Of a stretch of 64,000 bases of DNA, positions 1 through 13,355 are shown one piece after another. The stretch lies in assembly GCF_009914755.1 (NCBI RefSeq), contig NC_060928.1. The stretch is one strand, 5' to 3'. This DNA comes from the human T2T-CHM13v2.0 reference genome, Homo sapiens. Below the pieces are notes generated by a model. It saw nothing but the letters and a program-made list of their open reading frames with translations. It ran no database searches and was not told the DNA's origin. A program made the translations under genes and the position numbers. Position 1 is the first letter of the stretch. Each line of letters starts with the position of its first letter.

Positions 1-1055
1 TTTCTGAAAGCAAGGGGGAAACTACCCAATCATTGTATTAACATTTTCATGCTTCCTTCAGCAAAGTATAACACAATTTTGGAGTTTATAAAAAATGTTA
101 ACTTATTTTAAAATAGCTCATCATTGTACTGGAAAGACTTTTGCTACAATAAGTTAAAATTTATTTGGATAATCACAGCAGTAATCTGGAGAATTAATTA
201 TGGAACTCTCTGCAGTGACACAATAATTTCCAATTATATTTCAGACCACCGTTTTCATTGAGTGTCTTGTTTGTCTGTATTTCTCCTCATGGATTACTTT
301 GGAAGTAGTTATTCTTTTAAAATATGCTGTAAGTTTATTCAGAAGGACTATAATTTTAGTACAACTGCTTATGTCAAAAGGTATACTCCAAAAGATGAAA
401 GCTTGCAGAAAGCATGTAGGCCTGGGGAACATTTCTCTAGTAAAAGGCTTTGTTCCTTTGTTACAATAAATGGTCTTTCTGAACTCAGAGGGATCTGGTT
501 CCAAGAATTAATGCTGACACTCAAACTTGGATTCCTATTGGACTGAGCAGTAGAAACACTTTAGAAGATCACAGCAACAAAGAAAAAATATACAAAAGCT
601 AAAACTCAGAACTAACTTAAGGTATTAGAAAACTTTACAAACTCTATCTTAGCATTTACTTTTAAATCAAGAATTAAAAGTGTAAAACATTGGGCTTTTG
701 GAACAAAAGGGTTTGTTTTAGCATTATACACTGAAAAATAGGAAGTTGGGGTCTCTGATTAACTGGCAAAGAATTGCAACAAATAATAAGAACTCATAAA
801 GCTAATGCTTTAGTCAATGAAACAATGTAAGTTCTTGTTCACTGAAAGTCATATACTCATAAACCTGTGGAAAGCAGTAAAAGCCATTCTAAGTAAAAGT
901 CCATATCTATGTTACAAGAACAGCATTTTATCTACTTTGTAAAATATATATTGAAGTCCATAAGAGTTACATGAATTCCTTAGATCCAGAAGTGTTTTAA
1001 AACTCAGCATGTTTTAGTTTTCTCCTTTGATTATAGGAAGATAATATAATATATA

Positions 1056-1397
1056 CAGTTGATCCTCGACTTATGATGAGGTTACCTCCTGATGAACCCA
1101 TTGTAACTTGATAATATACTAAGTCAAATAATATACTTGATAATATACTAAGCCAAAATAAAAGCCAAAAATGCTTTTATTTCTGACAACACACTAGACA
1201 GTCCCCAAGTTATGGTGATTTGACTTAGAAAATTTTTACTTCACCATCGTGCCAAAAGCAATATACATTCATTAAAAACTGTAAACCCATCGTAGGTCAT
1301 AAAAAGCTCCTCAACTTACAATGGAATTATATCCAGATAAACCCATCACAGAGTTGAAAAATTGTAAGTGGAACCATTGTAATTTGGAGACCATCTG
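1056..1397. mobile_element. MER47/Tigger5-type TcMar-Tigger non-autonomous DNA transposon
   Basis: Starts CAGTTGATCCTCGACTTATGATGAGGTTAC and ends GGAACCATTGTAATTTGGAGACCATCTG, resembling MER47 termini. TA flanks both ends (1054-1055, 1398-1399). Small internal duplication ACTTGATAATATACTAAG. Confidence 0.75.
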
Positions 1398-2249
1398 TAT
1401 ATCTTAAACGACATCATTCACAGAGTTTGACTGAGAATCCCATAATCAAACATATGTATATTTTTAGAAGCTAAATATACAGGTATTCTCAAACATGTAA
1501 TTCTGATGTTTTAGTCCTAAATGTCTTGGTGTTTGAAAATATAAACAGAGAAATAGATATCTAGAGAAAAAGTACTACTTAATATACTAGGCAATTTAAA
1601 AACATGTATCAAGAAAGATATATGCATAGGGAAAATATATGGGACATGATGCTCATAGAAATGAGCAAGAGGTATTCATAAATTTAGAGAGTGGTTGGTC
1701 CTTGCAGAGATGTCAGAGACTATAGAAAAAGTACTTCTTTTTTGGGGGGGGCTGAAAACATTGAAGCTCAGAGGTATTGTAAGACTTTACTGATATAATC
1801 CTAAGGCAAGATGATGTTGTAAGATCACTAGAGTCATTATTAAAATTACTCAGTCCTGTTTACATGACCAGAGATATGTTCTATTTCTCACTTTAATAGA
1901 TGAATACCTCTAAAGGGAAAAACAAGATCACTAAACGTTTCTCACTTCCTACCTAATTTAGTTATTTTATTTGTCCTAGAATCTACAGTCGCTTTATTCA
2001 ATGATGATCAGGAACCCAATTAACTTCCTTTCAAGTTCTCAATTGCTGCCCAAAGTGCTTATAATCCAGAATATACAATGGTTAAATAGCTTGTAACATA
2101 ACTTTTTTACATTGCCAATTTTGTAAGTAGCATATGTGTTCTAATTTTTGACCACAGTATTGCTACCTTTTCTGGTGGCTTTGTTGCCTGCTATTCTGTT
2201 ATTGAAAGTCATTTTCATTGTCTGCTTCCTGCCTCTGTCAAACTTTTTT

Positions 2250-2435
2250 AACAACAAATATTAATGAAAGACTGCCTATGCTCTAGGCACTGTGATAGCC
2301 ATGGGGACACCAAATAAACATCAAGATGCAATGGAAAGATCAGTACCTAGGTCTGCAACCTTGGGAAAGTGACTTAAGTGCTTTTATCTCTTTTATCTAT
2401 AAAACCAGAGGTTATGAGGTACAAATTAGATTAGG
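2250..2435. mobile_element. L2 3' fragment followed by MIR fragment (ancient)
   Basis: GCCTATGCTCTAGGCACTGTGATAG is L2 3'-end like. ACCTTGGGAAAGTGACTTAAG...CTATAAAA is MIR-core like. Confidence 0.5.
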
Positions 2436-2969
2436 AAGGTAAGCACTAGAGGGGTATATTTTCTATCACAGCTGTCAAGGGCAGAGTGGACAGGAGTTCA
2501 GGTGGGATACAGAACATCAAGAGTGAGGATACAGAACTTTTATTTTCCAGGAAACCGCTTTGTGAAAGGTGATTCTACAATTAATGTTGTGGCAGATATT
2601 CAATTGTTAACACATAATGTTATATACCTTAGTTAAGCAGAATTATTTATTGTAAGGCTGCCAGTAATACATTAAGGTGTTGGAGAAAATTGTATATTTG
2701 GGATGTGAGGCAAAGGAGAGTATTAGTTCAGAGTGAGAATATGAGGACAGTGGACATTTGGCAGGAAAAAAAGGCAAGAAGTGAAAGCAGGGTTTAGATA
2801 AAAGGAAGAAGATGTTAAAAATAAACTCTGTTTCATTTTCAACACTCTCTCCTCCCAGTTTTTCAGATATCAACAATTATAAACTTTGAGTTTTTCTATA
2901 GCTCAGTTACACATTGCTTTGAAATCTTACCAGAAATTTTTTTATCAAGCTAATTATTTTATGTATATT

Positions 2970-3378
2970 GCTTATTGCAGATGTTATGCAGCATAGATTC
3001 CTCTTCCTTTCTAAACAATTTCTTTCTTTGCTCTTGGGAAGGTTGCCTGACAGTTCTTCACTGTAAGCTTACTTTGGCAGTTGCTTCTATTGAAGATGGA
3101 CACCTCATTCAAGGACAAACTGTGGTCTCTGGGAAAACCTCATCCTATGTCAAGTAAATGCTGGGTTAGCGAGTTATCGCCTCTTTGCCACAACTTGGGA
3201 AACTACAGAAGGGCCATCTCAGCTACAGCGTGTACCCTGACATCAGCTGAGGTCCTTGGTTGTGACTACATTATAGGCAAACTTATCTCTGTAACATGAG
3301 GTGTTAAACCCATAACAACACCTTATCATACTAATCTTCATCTCAATGTCTGCTCCCCAGGGAACCCAGTCTGCGATG
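2970..3378 (+). mobile_element. ERVL solo LTR, LTR16-like
   Basis: 3' end CTAATCTTCATCTCAATGTCTGCTCCCCAGGGAACCCAGTCTGCGA resembles the LTR16 terminus. Internal AACTACAGAAGGGCCATCTCAGCT. 5' boundary uncertain. Confidence 0.6.
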
Positions 3379-5589
3379 GTGGCCGTTCTTTTACCATATG
3401 TTGTTATAGGATACTGCCTCGAATACTTTTGGATAATCAGTTTTATTAAAGCAGATTATATGAAATCTGTTTAATCTTCAATCAAGGAACCACACAAGTC
3501 CTAAGAGAAAGAACAGTTTGCATGTGTTGAAAGAATGAATTAACAACAACAATAAAAAGCAGTGTTTGTTCTCCAGTCATTGGCAGGGACCAATGCTTAC
3601 TATTAGTGAGCAAGAAATAAAAAGAGGGTGTAAGATTGTGAGAAACCATTTAAACATGACTGTACACAGTGAATTTAATATTCTATGTAGACTTGTGTGC
3701 TTTTTCATTTTGTTCAAAAATACTTTTACTTACTTTATGCATGCTAAATGCAGATGCAAAAAAGGATCCAAGCAAGATAAAATTAAAACATTAAAACTAG
3801 GTGTTTTTTTTTTTTTTTTTGATTAAAGTAAGATAGTCAATACCCTGAGGTGTTACAAAGTCATTTGACCTTGATGGTAAACAGAAGAATGAAGTTAGGT
3901 TACAAATTATCTTTTATTTCATTTCAACTTTTTTTTTGCTTTTGAGATTATGCATTGATTAGATTCATCATTGTCTTTGCAGTATTAAAGCTGCATGCTT
4001 TCCTAAAACTTTTGGATTTTCCAAAGTACTAATAGACAAACAAAATAATAAAGGCCATGTTGTAATTCCATTTTTCCCCTTTTTTCCCACTTTTAGATTC
4101 AGAGGGTACATGCACATTTTTTACCTGGGAATATTGCGTAATGCTGAAATTTGGGGTATGAACAATCCCATCATTCAAGCACTGAGCATAATACCCAATA
4201 GTTAGTTTTTCAACACTTTTTCCTCTTTCTACCCCCCCCATCTAATAGTCACCAGTTTCTATTATTACCATTTTTATGTCCATGAGTACCCAATGTTTAG
4301 CTCCTACTTATAAGTGAGAACATGTAGTATTTGGTTTTCTGCTCCTGCCTTAATTAGCTGCATAGTATTTATGCCTTTATGGCTGCCTTTATGGCTGCAT
4401 AGTATTTCATGGTGTATATGTACCATTTTTTTTTTATCCCATCTACCATTGATGGACGCCTGGGTTGATTTCTTCTTTGCTATTGTGAATAGTGCTGTGA
4501 TGAACACACAAGTGCTTGTGTCTTTTGGTAGAAAAATATATTTTCTGTTGGATATATACTGAGTAATGGGATTGCTTTGTTGAATGCTATTTTTATTTTT
4601 AGTTCTTTGAGAAATCTCTAAACTGCTTTCCACTGTGACTGAAATAATTTACATTCTCAACAACAGTGTGTAAGCTTTCTCTTTTCTCCACAGCCACACC
4701 AATATCAGTTATTATTTGACTTTTTAATAACAGCCATTCTGGCTGTTGTGAGATGGTATCTCATTGTGGTTTTGATTTGCATTTCTCTGATGATTAATGA
4801 TGTGGAGCATTTTCTCATATGTTTGTTGGCTGCTTGTGTGTCTTCTTTTGAGAAGCATCTGCTCATATATTTTGCCCACTTGTTAATTGGCTTATTTGTT
4901 TTCTGCCTGTTGAATTAAGTTCCATATAGATTCTGGATATTAGACCTTTGTCACATGCATAGTTTGCACAATTTTTCTTCCATTCTGTGGCTGTTTACTC
5001 TGATGATGGTTTCTTTTGGTGTGCGGATGTTTAATTAGGTCCCACTTATCAATTTTTGTATTTGTTACAATTGCTTTTGAGGACTTAGTCAAAACCTGAG
5101 GCCCATGTCCAGAATGGTGTTTCCTTGGTTTTCTTCTAAAATTCTTATAGTTTGAGGTCTTACGTTTAAATCTTTAATCCATCTTGCATTGATTTTTGTG
5201 TATGGTGTAAGGTAAGAATCCAGTTTCATTATTCTGCGTATGGCTAAACAGCTATCCCGGCACCATTTATTGAATAGAGTGTCCTTTCTCCATTGCCTAT
5301 TTTTGTTAACTTTGTTGAAGATCAGATGGCTCTAAGTGTGTGGCTTTTTTCCAAGTTCTCTATTCTGTTCCATTGGTCTATGAGTCTCTTTATGTACCAG
5401 TACCATTCTATTTGGGTTACTGTAGCCTTATAGTATAGTTTGAAGTCAGATAATGTGATGCCTCCAGCTTTGTTCTTTTTGTTTAGGATTGCTTTTGCAA
5501 GGTGGGCTCTTTTTGGGTCTCCTGTAAATTTTAAAACATGATTCTAATTCTGTTTAAAATAACATAGGTAGTTTGATAGGAATAGTGTT

Positions 5590-5628
5590 TGTACTAGTTG
5601 GGGTTCTCTAAAGGGACAGAATTAATAT

Positions 5629-5679
<51 letters not shown>

Positions 5680-6110
5680 GATAGATAGATGGATAGATAG
5701 ATAGATAGATAGATACATAGATAGATGAAAGGGAGTTTATGAACTCACACAATCACAAGGTCCCACAATAGGCCATCTGCAAACTGAGGAGCAAGGAAGC
5801 CAGTCTAAATCCCAAAGCTGAAGAACCTGCAGTCTGATGTTTGAGGGCAGGAGGCATCCAACACAAGAGAAACATGTAGGCTGGAAGGCTAAGCCAGTCT
5901 CTCCTTTTCATGTTTTTCTGCCTGCTTTATATTCTGGCTGCACTGACAGCTGATTAGATTGTGCTCACCCGGATTAAGGGTGGGTTTGCCTTTCCCAGCC
6001 CACTGACTCAAATGCTAATCTCCTTTGGCAACACCCTCACAGACACACCCAGGATCAGTACTTTGCATCCTTCAATCCAATCAAGTTGACACTCAGTATT
6101 AACCATCACA
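5590..6110 (-). mobile_element. MLT2A1 (HERV-L) solo LTR inserted into L1 ORF2
   Basis: TGTACTAGTTGGGGTTCTCTAAAGGGACAGAA...CAATCCAATCAAGTTGACACTCAGTATTAACCATCACA with TG...CA termini. 5-bp TSD GTGTT/GCATT. Confidence 0.9.
5629..5726. repeat. Compound (GATA)n tetranucleotide STR
   Basis: (GATA)12 GAT (GATA)2 GATG (GATA)6 CATA GATA GAT, read directly. Confidence 0.97.
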
Positions 6111-9100
6111 GCATTGAATCTGCAGATTTCTTTGGGCAGTAAGGCCATTTGAATGACCTTGATTCTTCCAATCCAGGAACATGAAAAGTTTTTTATTTGT
6201 TTGTGTTATCTATGATTACTTTGAGCAATATTTTATAGTTCTCCTTGTAGAGCTCTTTCCCTTCCTTGGTTAGATGTATTCCTAGGTGTTTTATTTTATT
6301 TTATTTTATGGATATTGTACATAGGATTGCATTCTTGACTTTGCTTTGCTGCTTGAACATTATTGTTGTATTGAAATACCACTGATTTTTGTACATTAAT
6401 TTAGTGTCCTGAAACTTTACTGAAGTCATTTTTCAATTCCAGGGCCTTTTGGCAGAATTGTCAGGGTTTTCTAGGTATAAGATCAGATTGTGCACAAAGA
6501 GAAATAGTTTAATTTCTTTTTTTCTATGTGCATGTCTTTTATTTCATTTTCTTGCCTGGTTGCCATAGCTAGCACTTCTAGTACTACTTTGAATAGGAGT
6601 AGTGAGAGTAGGCATCCTTGTCTTGTCCTAGTTCTCAAAGGGAATGCTCCTAGCTTTTGCCCATTTAGTATGATGTTGGCTATGTGTCTGTCATAGATGG
6701 CTTTTATTATTTGAGGTATGATCATTCAATACCTACTTTTTGGTGGATTTTTATCATGAAGCAACATCAGATTTCACTGAAAGATTCCCCTATGTCTATT
6801 GAGATGATCATATGTTTTTGTTTTTAATTCTTTTTATGTGGTGAAACACATTTACTGATTCACGTATGCTGAACCAGCCTTGCAGGAATGAAGCCTACTT
6901 GATCATAATGAATTAACTTCTTGATAGCTGTTGAATTTGGTTTGGTAGTATTTTGTTTAGGATTTTTGTGTCTGTGTTCATCATGGATATTGGCCTGTAG
7001 TTTCCTTAAATTTATTTTCTTGTTGTGTTTTTGCCAGATTTTGGTATTGGAATGATGCTGTGTTTGTAGAACAAGTTAGGAAGGTGTTCCACTTATTCAA
7101 TTTTTTGGAATCATTTCAATAAAATTAGTACCAGCTCTTTTTACATCTGGTAGAATTTGGCTGAGAATCCATCCTCTCCAGTGCTTTTTTTAATTGGTAG
7201 AGTTTTTATTCTTGATTCAATTTCAGAACTCAATATTGGTCTAGTCAGTGTCTCACTTTCTTCTGATATAATCTTGGGAGTTTGTATGTTTCTATAAATG
7301 TATGCATTTCCTCTAGATTGTCTAGTTTGTGTGCATAGAGGTATTCATAATAGTCTCTGAGGAATTTTTTGGTTTTCTGTGGAATCAGCTGTGATGTCAC
7401 CTTTGTCTTTTCTGATTGTGCTTATTTAGATTTCTCTTTTTTCTTTGTTAATTTAGCTAGCAGTTTATTGATCCTTTTTATCCTTTCAAAGAATAAACTT
7501 TTAGTTTCATTGATCTTTTTTGCATGAAATTTTAGCTCTCAATTTCATTCAGCCCCACTCTAATTTTAATTATTTCTTTTCTTCTGCTGGCTTTGTGGTT
7601 AGTTTGTTATTGTTTTACGAGTTACTTGAGGTTTAATGTTGGATTATTGATTTGAGATCTTTCTAGCTTTCTGAGGTAGGTGTTTAGCACAGTAAACTTT
7701 CCTCTTAACACTGCTTTTGCTGCATCCCTAAGATTTTGGTATGTTGTGTCTCTTTTTTCAGTTATTTCAAATTTTTTTTTTTATTTCTGCCTTAATTTTA
7801 TCATTTTCCCAAAAGTCATTCTGGAACAAGTTGTTTAATTTTTATATATATATTTTGGGTTTTAATACATCTCCACAGTATTGAATTCTATTTTTTTCCA
7901 CTGTGGTCCTAGATTATGGTTAGAACTAGATTACGGTTATGTGGGCCTAGATTAATTTTTCTGAATTTACTGAGACTTGCTTTATGGCCACATATATGGT
8001 CAATCTTGGAGTATGTTCCATGTGCAGATGAGAAGAAAGTAAATACTGTGGTTAATGGTTGGAGTATTCTGTAGGGGTCTATTAGGTCCAGTTGGTCTAT
8101 AGTTGAGTTTATGTCTGGAATTTCTTTACCAGTTTTTTGCCTCAGTGATCTGTCTATTGCTGTCAGTGGGGTGTTGAAGTCTCCTACTATTATTGTGTGG
8201 CTAAGTCTTTTTGTATGTCTAGAAGTGCTTGTTTTATGAATCTCGGTGCTCTGACATTGGGCATGCATATACATAGAATAGTTAAGTTTTTTTGTTGAAT
8301 TGAACCCTTTATCATTATGTAAGGACCTTTTTTGTCCTTTTTAAATGTTCTTTGTTTAAAGCCTGTTTTACCTAATATAAGAATCATGACCCCTGCTCTT
8401 TTATGTTTTATACTTACCTGGTAGATTTTTTTTTAATCCTTTACTTTGAGCCTATGGTTACATGTGATGGGTCTCTTGAAGATAGCAGACTGATGAGTCT
8501 TGTTTTTAATCCAACTTGCAACTCTTTGCCTTTTAAGTGGGTAGACTATTTACATTCAAGGTTAATATTGATATATGAAGTCTTGTTCTTACAATAAGGT
8601 TATTAACTGTTTGCTTTGTAGTTTCGATTGTGTGATTGCTTCATAGGGTCAGCCAAATATGTACTTAAGTGCTTTTTGGTTGTGGGAGGTATCATTATGT
8701 TGTTTGCATATTTAGAACTCCATTAAGGATCTTTTGTAAGGCTGGTCTGGTGGTAAAACATTCACTTAGTGCTTGTTTGTATGGAAAATATTTATTCCTC
8801 CCTCACTTGTAAAGCTTAGTATGGCTGGGAAAGAAATTCTTAATTGGAATTTCTTTTCTTTAATTATGCTGGAAATAGGCCCCCAATCTTTCCTGACTTG
8901 TAAGATTTCTTCTGAGACGTCCTCTGTTAACCTGATGGGGCTCCCATTATACATGTCCTAACATTTCTCTCTAGCTGCCGTTACAACTTTTTCTTTAAGT
9001 TGACTTTGAACAGTCTAGTGCCTATATACCTTGGTTTGTTTTGTGTAATATGTCATAAATTTTCTCTGAGGTTTTGTATTTGGATGCCTACCTCTCTAGC

Positions 9101-9224
9101 AAGATTAAGGAAATTCTCTTGAATCATTCACTCAAATATGTTTTCAGGTTGTTAACTTTTTATCTTTTACTCTCAGGAATGCTAATAATTTGTAGTTTTT
9201 ATCTATTTACATAATCCCCTATTT

Positions 9225-9530
9225 GTTTTTTTGTTTGTTTGTTTGTTTGCAATGAACTTTCACTCTGTTGCCCAGTCTTGAGTGCAGTGGCGTGATCTCA
9301 GCTCACTGCAACCTCTGCCTCCTGGGTTGAAGTGATTCTCCTCCCTCAGCTACCTGCGTAGTGGGGCCACAGATGTGCACCACCACACTCATCTAATTAT
9401 TGTATTTTTAGTAGAGACGTGGATTCACCATGTTGGCCAGGCTGGTCTTAAACTCTTGACTTAAAGTAATCCACCAACCTCGGCCTCCCAAAGTGCTGGG
9501 ATTACAGGCGTGAGCCACTGACCCCAGATT
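9225..9530 (-). mobile_element. Alu (old, AluJ/S) inserted in L1 ORF1
   Basis: Antisense Alu dimer with (TTTG)n tail. TSD-like TAATCCCCT(A/G)TTT at ~9212 and ~9532. Confidence 0.92.
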
Positions 9531-10678
9531 GTAATCCCCTGTTTCTCAAACACTTCGATCATGTTAAAATTATCTTTTACTTTGTGTTTGTCTGACTGGG
9601 TTAGTTCAAAAGACTTGTCTTCAGGTTCTGAAAGTTTTTATTCTGTTTGGTCTGTACTATTGATAAAATTTTCAGTTGCATTTTGAAATTTCTTAAGTGA
9701 GCTTTTCAATTCTGGAAGCTCCAATTGATTTTTTCTAAGATATTTATCTCTTCCATAATTTCTGGACTGCTTCAGAAGTTTCTTGGTGTTTATTCTTAAC
9801 TTTGTCTTGGATCTCATTGAGCTTTCTTGAAACCCATATTTTATTTTCTTTATCTTCCATTTCTGAGTTTCCTTTTGGTTAGGGACCATTTCTGGAGAGC
9901 TAGTGCAATCCTCTGGTGGTGTTTATACATTCAGATTTTTTATGATGCTAGAATTCTTGTGCTAGTTCCTCCTCATGTGGAGATGGGGGCAGTTCTAATT
10001 TTTATGATTATTTTTGAGTGTGTACGATCTTTACTCTTTCTTTCTTTCTCTATACATTTCTTTCTCTCCCTTTCCTTCCACCTACACCCTCCCTAGGGGA
10101 TGTTACTATAGAGAATGATGGGTAGGGTCTTTTGGCTTTGCTTCTGTAGCCCTACACACTTATTTTGACGGTTTTATATTGGGCTGTGAAGTTGGACCTA
10201 CAGGCCAGTAGATGGTGCTTATGGAGCTGGCTATAGCCATTGCAGCTGGTATATACATCATTCTTAAGGCAATAGGCCTGATTTGTAGAATACACAGTGG
10301 TCTGAGCTCCCTGCTGAGCCCCTAGGGTATGGAGTCCATCATGGGCAGGACCACCAGGGGAGCACACCCACAAGTCCCCCAATGGCAGATGCAATGGGGA
10401 ATCCAGTGGGCAACCACCAAGCACCTAGACACGTGCCTACATGGGGCTGGGAAAACTTCTTGGCCAGAAAGTTCTCTACACGGGAAAGAAGGGGTACCTA
10501 AACTTCTAATTCACGGAAGTGGGCCCTCTAGATGCCTAGAAACCTTTGTGGGCATGGAATGGAGAGGATCCCCTTACACCAAGATCTCTGCACAGGTGGG
10601 ATAGGTCATCTCAGGCTGCTAAACCGACAATGGAATAAACATGTTTATTTCAGGCACTATTAATGCCTGGAGACCTGC

Positions 10679-11034
10679 TGAATTAGTCTGTTCTTACACT
10701 GCTAATAAAGACATATCCGAGGCTGGGTAATATATAAAGGAAAGAGGTTTAATTGACTCACAGTTCTACGTGGCTGGGGAGGCCTCACAATCATGGCAGA
10801 AGCTGAATGAGGAGCAAAGTCAGGTCTTACATGGTGGCAGGCAAGAGAGCTTGTGCAGGGGAACTCCCATTTATAAAACCATCTGATCTCATGAGACAAA
10901 TTCACTACCATGAGAACAGTATGGGGGAAACCGCCCCGATGATTCAATTATCTCTACCTGGCCCCATCCTTGACACATGAGGATTATTACAATTCAAGGT
11001 GAGATTTGGATGGGGACACAGCCAAACCATGCCA
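10679..11034 (-). mobile_element. THE1 (MaLR) solo LTR, THE1C/B-like, inserted in the L1 5'UTR
   Basis: TGAATTAGTCTGTTCTTACACTGCTAATAAAGACAT...GGGGACACAGCCAAACCATGCCA with perfect 5-bp TSD CCTGC (10674-10678, 11035-11039). Confidence 0.93.
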
Positions 11035-13355
11035 CCTGCCTATGTGTGAAGCAGAGTGGGCCTCTCTGCACTAGAATTTCTGCACAGGATGTATAGGACA
11101 GGTCAGGTTGCTGAACTAAGTGAGCAGGTGCTCCAAATGCCTGGAAATATGCCTGGGCATGGAATGGAGAGGCCCCTCATGCACCAAGATCTTTGCGCAG
11201 AAAGGGTGTGATGGTTCAGGCTGCTGGACCAGGCAAGCAGGTTCTCTAAATGCCTGTGCAGAGAGGTCTCCCCTGCCCCAATATCCCTGTACTGGAAGGA
11301 TTCATGGAATAATGCTGCTAATCCAGACAAGTGGGTGCATCAAATGCTTGGATTTCTGCCTGGGGTGGAGCAGAAAGGGCTCTGCTATACACCACAATCT
11401 CAGGGGAGTGGGATTGGGCACTAGCAATGGCACACACAAATGGGATCAGTTCCAGGTCACCAAGCTGGCATTGGCTGCAAATCTCACTGCCCCAGAGAAA
11501 CTGCAGCTGTAGCAGCTCCCCTCCAGCCCCAGGCTTGCAACAGCGATGAGCACAATTCCAGTAACTACCGATGAGGTGCTTTCCACAGTTTTGGCTGTGG
11601 AGGCCCCTACCCCAATCCAGAGCAGGCGCTCCAATCTCTGGCTCAATACTGAAATGCCTGTGTGGCTAGGCTGTTGGGTTGCCCCAAAATGGCTGACTTT
11701 ATGTGCATCTTGATTAAAAAATGGCATCTTGCTCTCCATCCTGGGTTTGGGAAATTGTCTGTAGCTTTTTCTTTCATAGCATCACCAAGTCTCTCCCCAT
11801 GTTATCTCCAGGGCTGACAAGAAACAATGTTCTCCCTCAGCCTAGGTTGCTCAGATCCCCAGTGGAAAGGTGAGTCACAGAGAGGGGCTCCCTGCCTCTC
11901 TCATGTACTGGGACTTCACCAGGTACCATCAAGAGAGCTGGTAGCCCGTATTCTTCTCCCTGAGATCTGGGGTGCCTTCATGATTCTGGTAGACTCCCAC
12001 TTTCTTGCTTGAATTAAAGCTCACAGAGTTGATTTTCAGGCAGTATCTTGCTATTTCCAAGTGGCTGAGCCATGCTAAAAAGCCTCTAATCTGCCATCTT
12101 GGAGAAAAACAAAACAAAACAAAACAAATCTCTAATTCAATTGTCAAATGGATCGACTTGTTTAGGTTTCTCTAAGTCATGACTAATCATTTGGTCTTCT
12201 ATGCCCCGCTTTCAAAATTTAACAAAAAATATACCATAAATGAACATTTTCACTGGTAATAAGATAAATTCAGATACACATGTAGAAACAAGAGTTAAAC
12301 AAATAAATATTTTGTTTCAAAATGGTATTTAGAGTTCCTCTTTCATATTCATTAATGGTATGGAATAGTAAGAATCACGAGGGATATAATTTGTTTAAAG
12401 GCTAATCAGATTTTACAGACAAGGCTTAGATTAATAAAATACAATGTACCAAACCTCTTCTCCTTCTTAGGAATAATTCAAAAATAAAACCCACAAAATA
12501 ATTAACGGTGAATTGCTGGTAATTTTAGAATCAGTGAAGACAACTAGAAAGTGAACTGAAACTCTGAAATAGTGTCTTAAAAGGATGAACACTTATTAAG
12601 CTTCAAATAAATGTTCAACTTGTAATTAGTATGTGTACTCAGACGAATATGAATTATTGTACATTTTCAGTTGCAGTATAAAGTCTAGAGATCTAACAGT
12701 GAATTAGGTTATATTCTATAGTCATGATAAGCTGACAATAAACCAGAACTCTTTTAGAAGGGATTTTAATTGAGGATTGTATCTTATTTATGAAAGGAGA
12801 CATCTAAGAAGTAGTTTAAGCCTTAGAGCAAGAGAACTTAACAAGAAAGAGTTCAGATTCTGGCTAAAGGTGATTAACCTGAATAAAACCCATTTTATTT
12901 AAGGGTATATGTATCTAAAATTGAAGAGGTAAGGAAGAAAGCATCATGTCCTCTTGAATATATAAAAACGTCCAACCTACAAATGAGTTGGAAAAGATTT
13001 TCAGTTTTTGTAGAAATATTATACTTAAAGAAAGCTTAGTTAGCTGTCATATTAAGCAAAAATATCTGTAGTTCAAAGATGCTATTTTCACATGGTTGGT
13101 TAATCTAGTAAAAGCTTCTTTGCATTACTGAGCTACATTTTTTTGAAATGTTTTGGCTGCTGATAATTTTTTTCTTTTGAAAAGTAATTATACTGAAAAC
13201 AGATATGTATGGCCACTAACACCTTTTAAAATTGACTTATATTTGATATATATCAATGCTAAATGACTGTGAAAGGCATATTGGTGGGCATGACATCAAT
13301 ATAGAATACCATTCTGCAGCAAATAAAAAAATTAGCCTGGCCATTTATTAAATTC

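Larger units (their letters stand above)
4074..12130 (-). mobile_element. Near full-length decayed LINE-1 (L1PA13-16 type), interrupted by MLT2A1, Alu and THE1
   Basis: 3'UTR at ~4080-4350. ORF2 remnants (RT-like 6483-6725, endonuclease-like 7909-8387) and ORF1 remnants (8766-8954, 9638-9889). 5' end CCAAGATGGCAGATTAGAGGC on the minus strand near 12100. Possible decayed TSD TGTAATTCCATT (4061) / TCTAATTCAATT (12131). Many stops and frameshifts. Confidence 0.92.

Noticed and set aside
241-546. Overlapping 87-aa and 94-aa ORFs in unique sequence
   Set aside because: Non-ATG starts, no recognisable domain and no convincing flanking splice-site pair.
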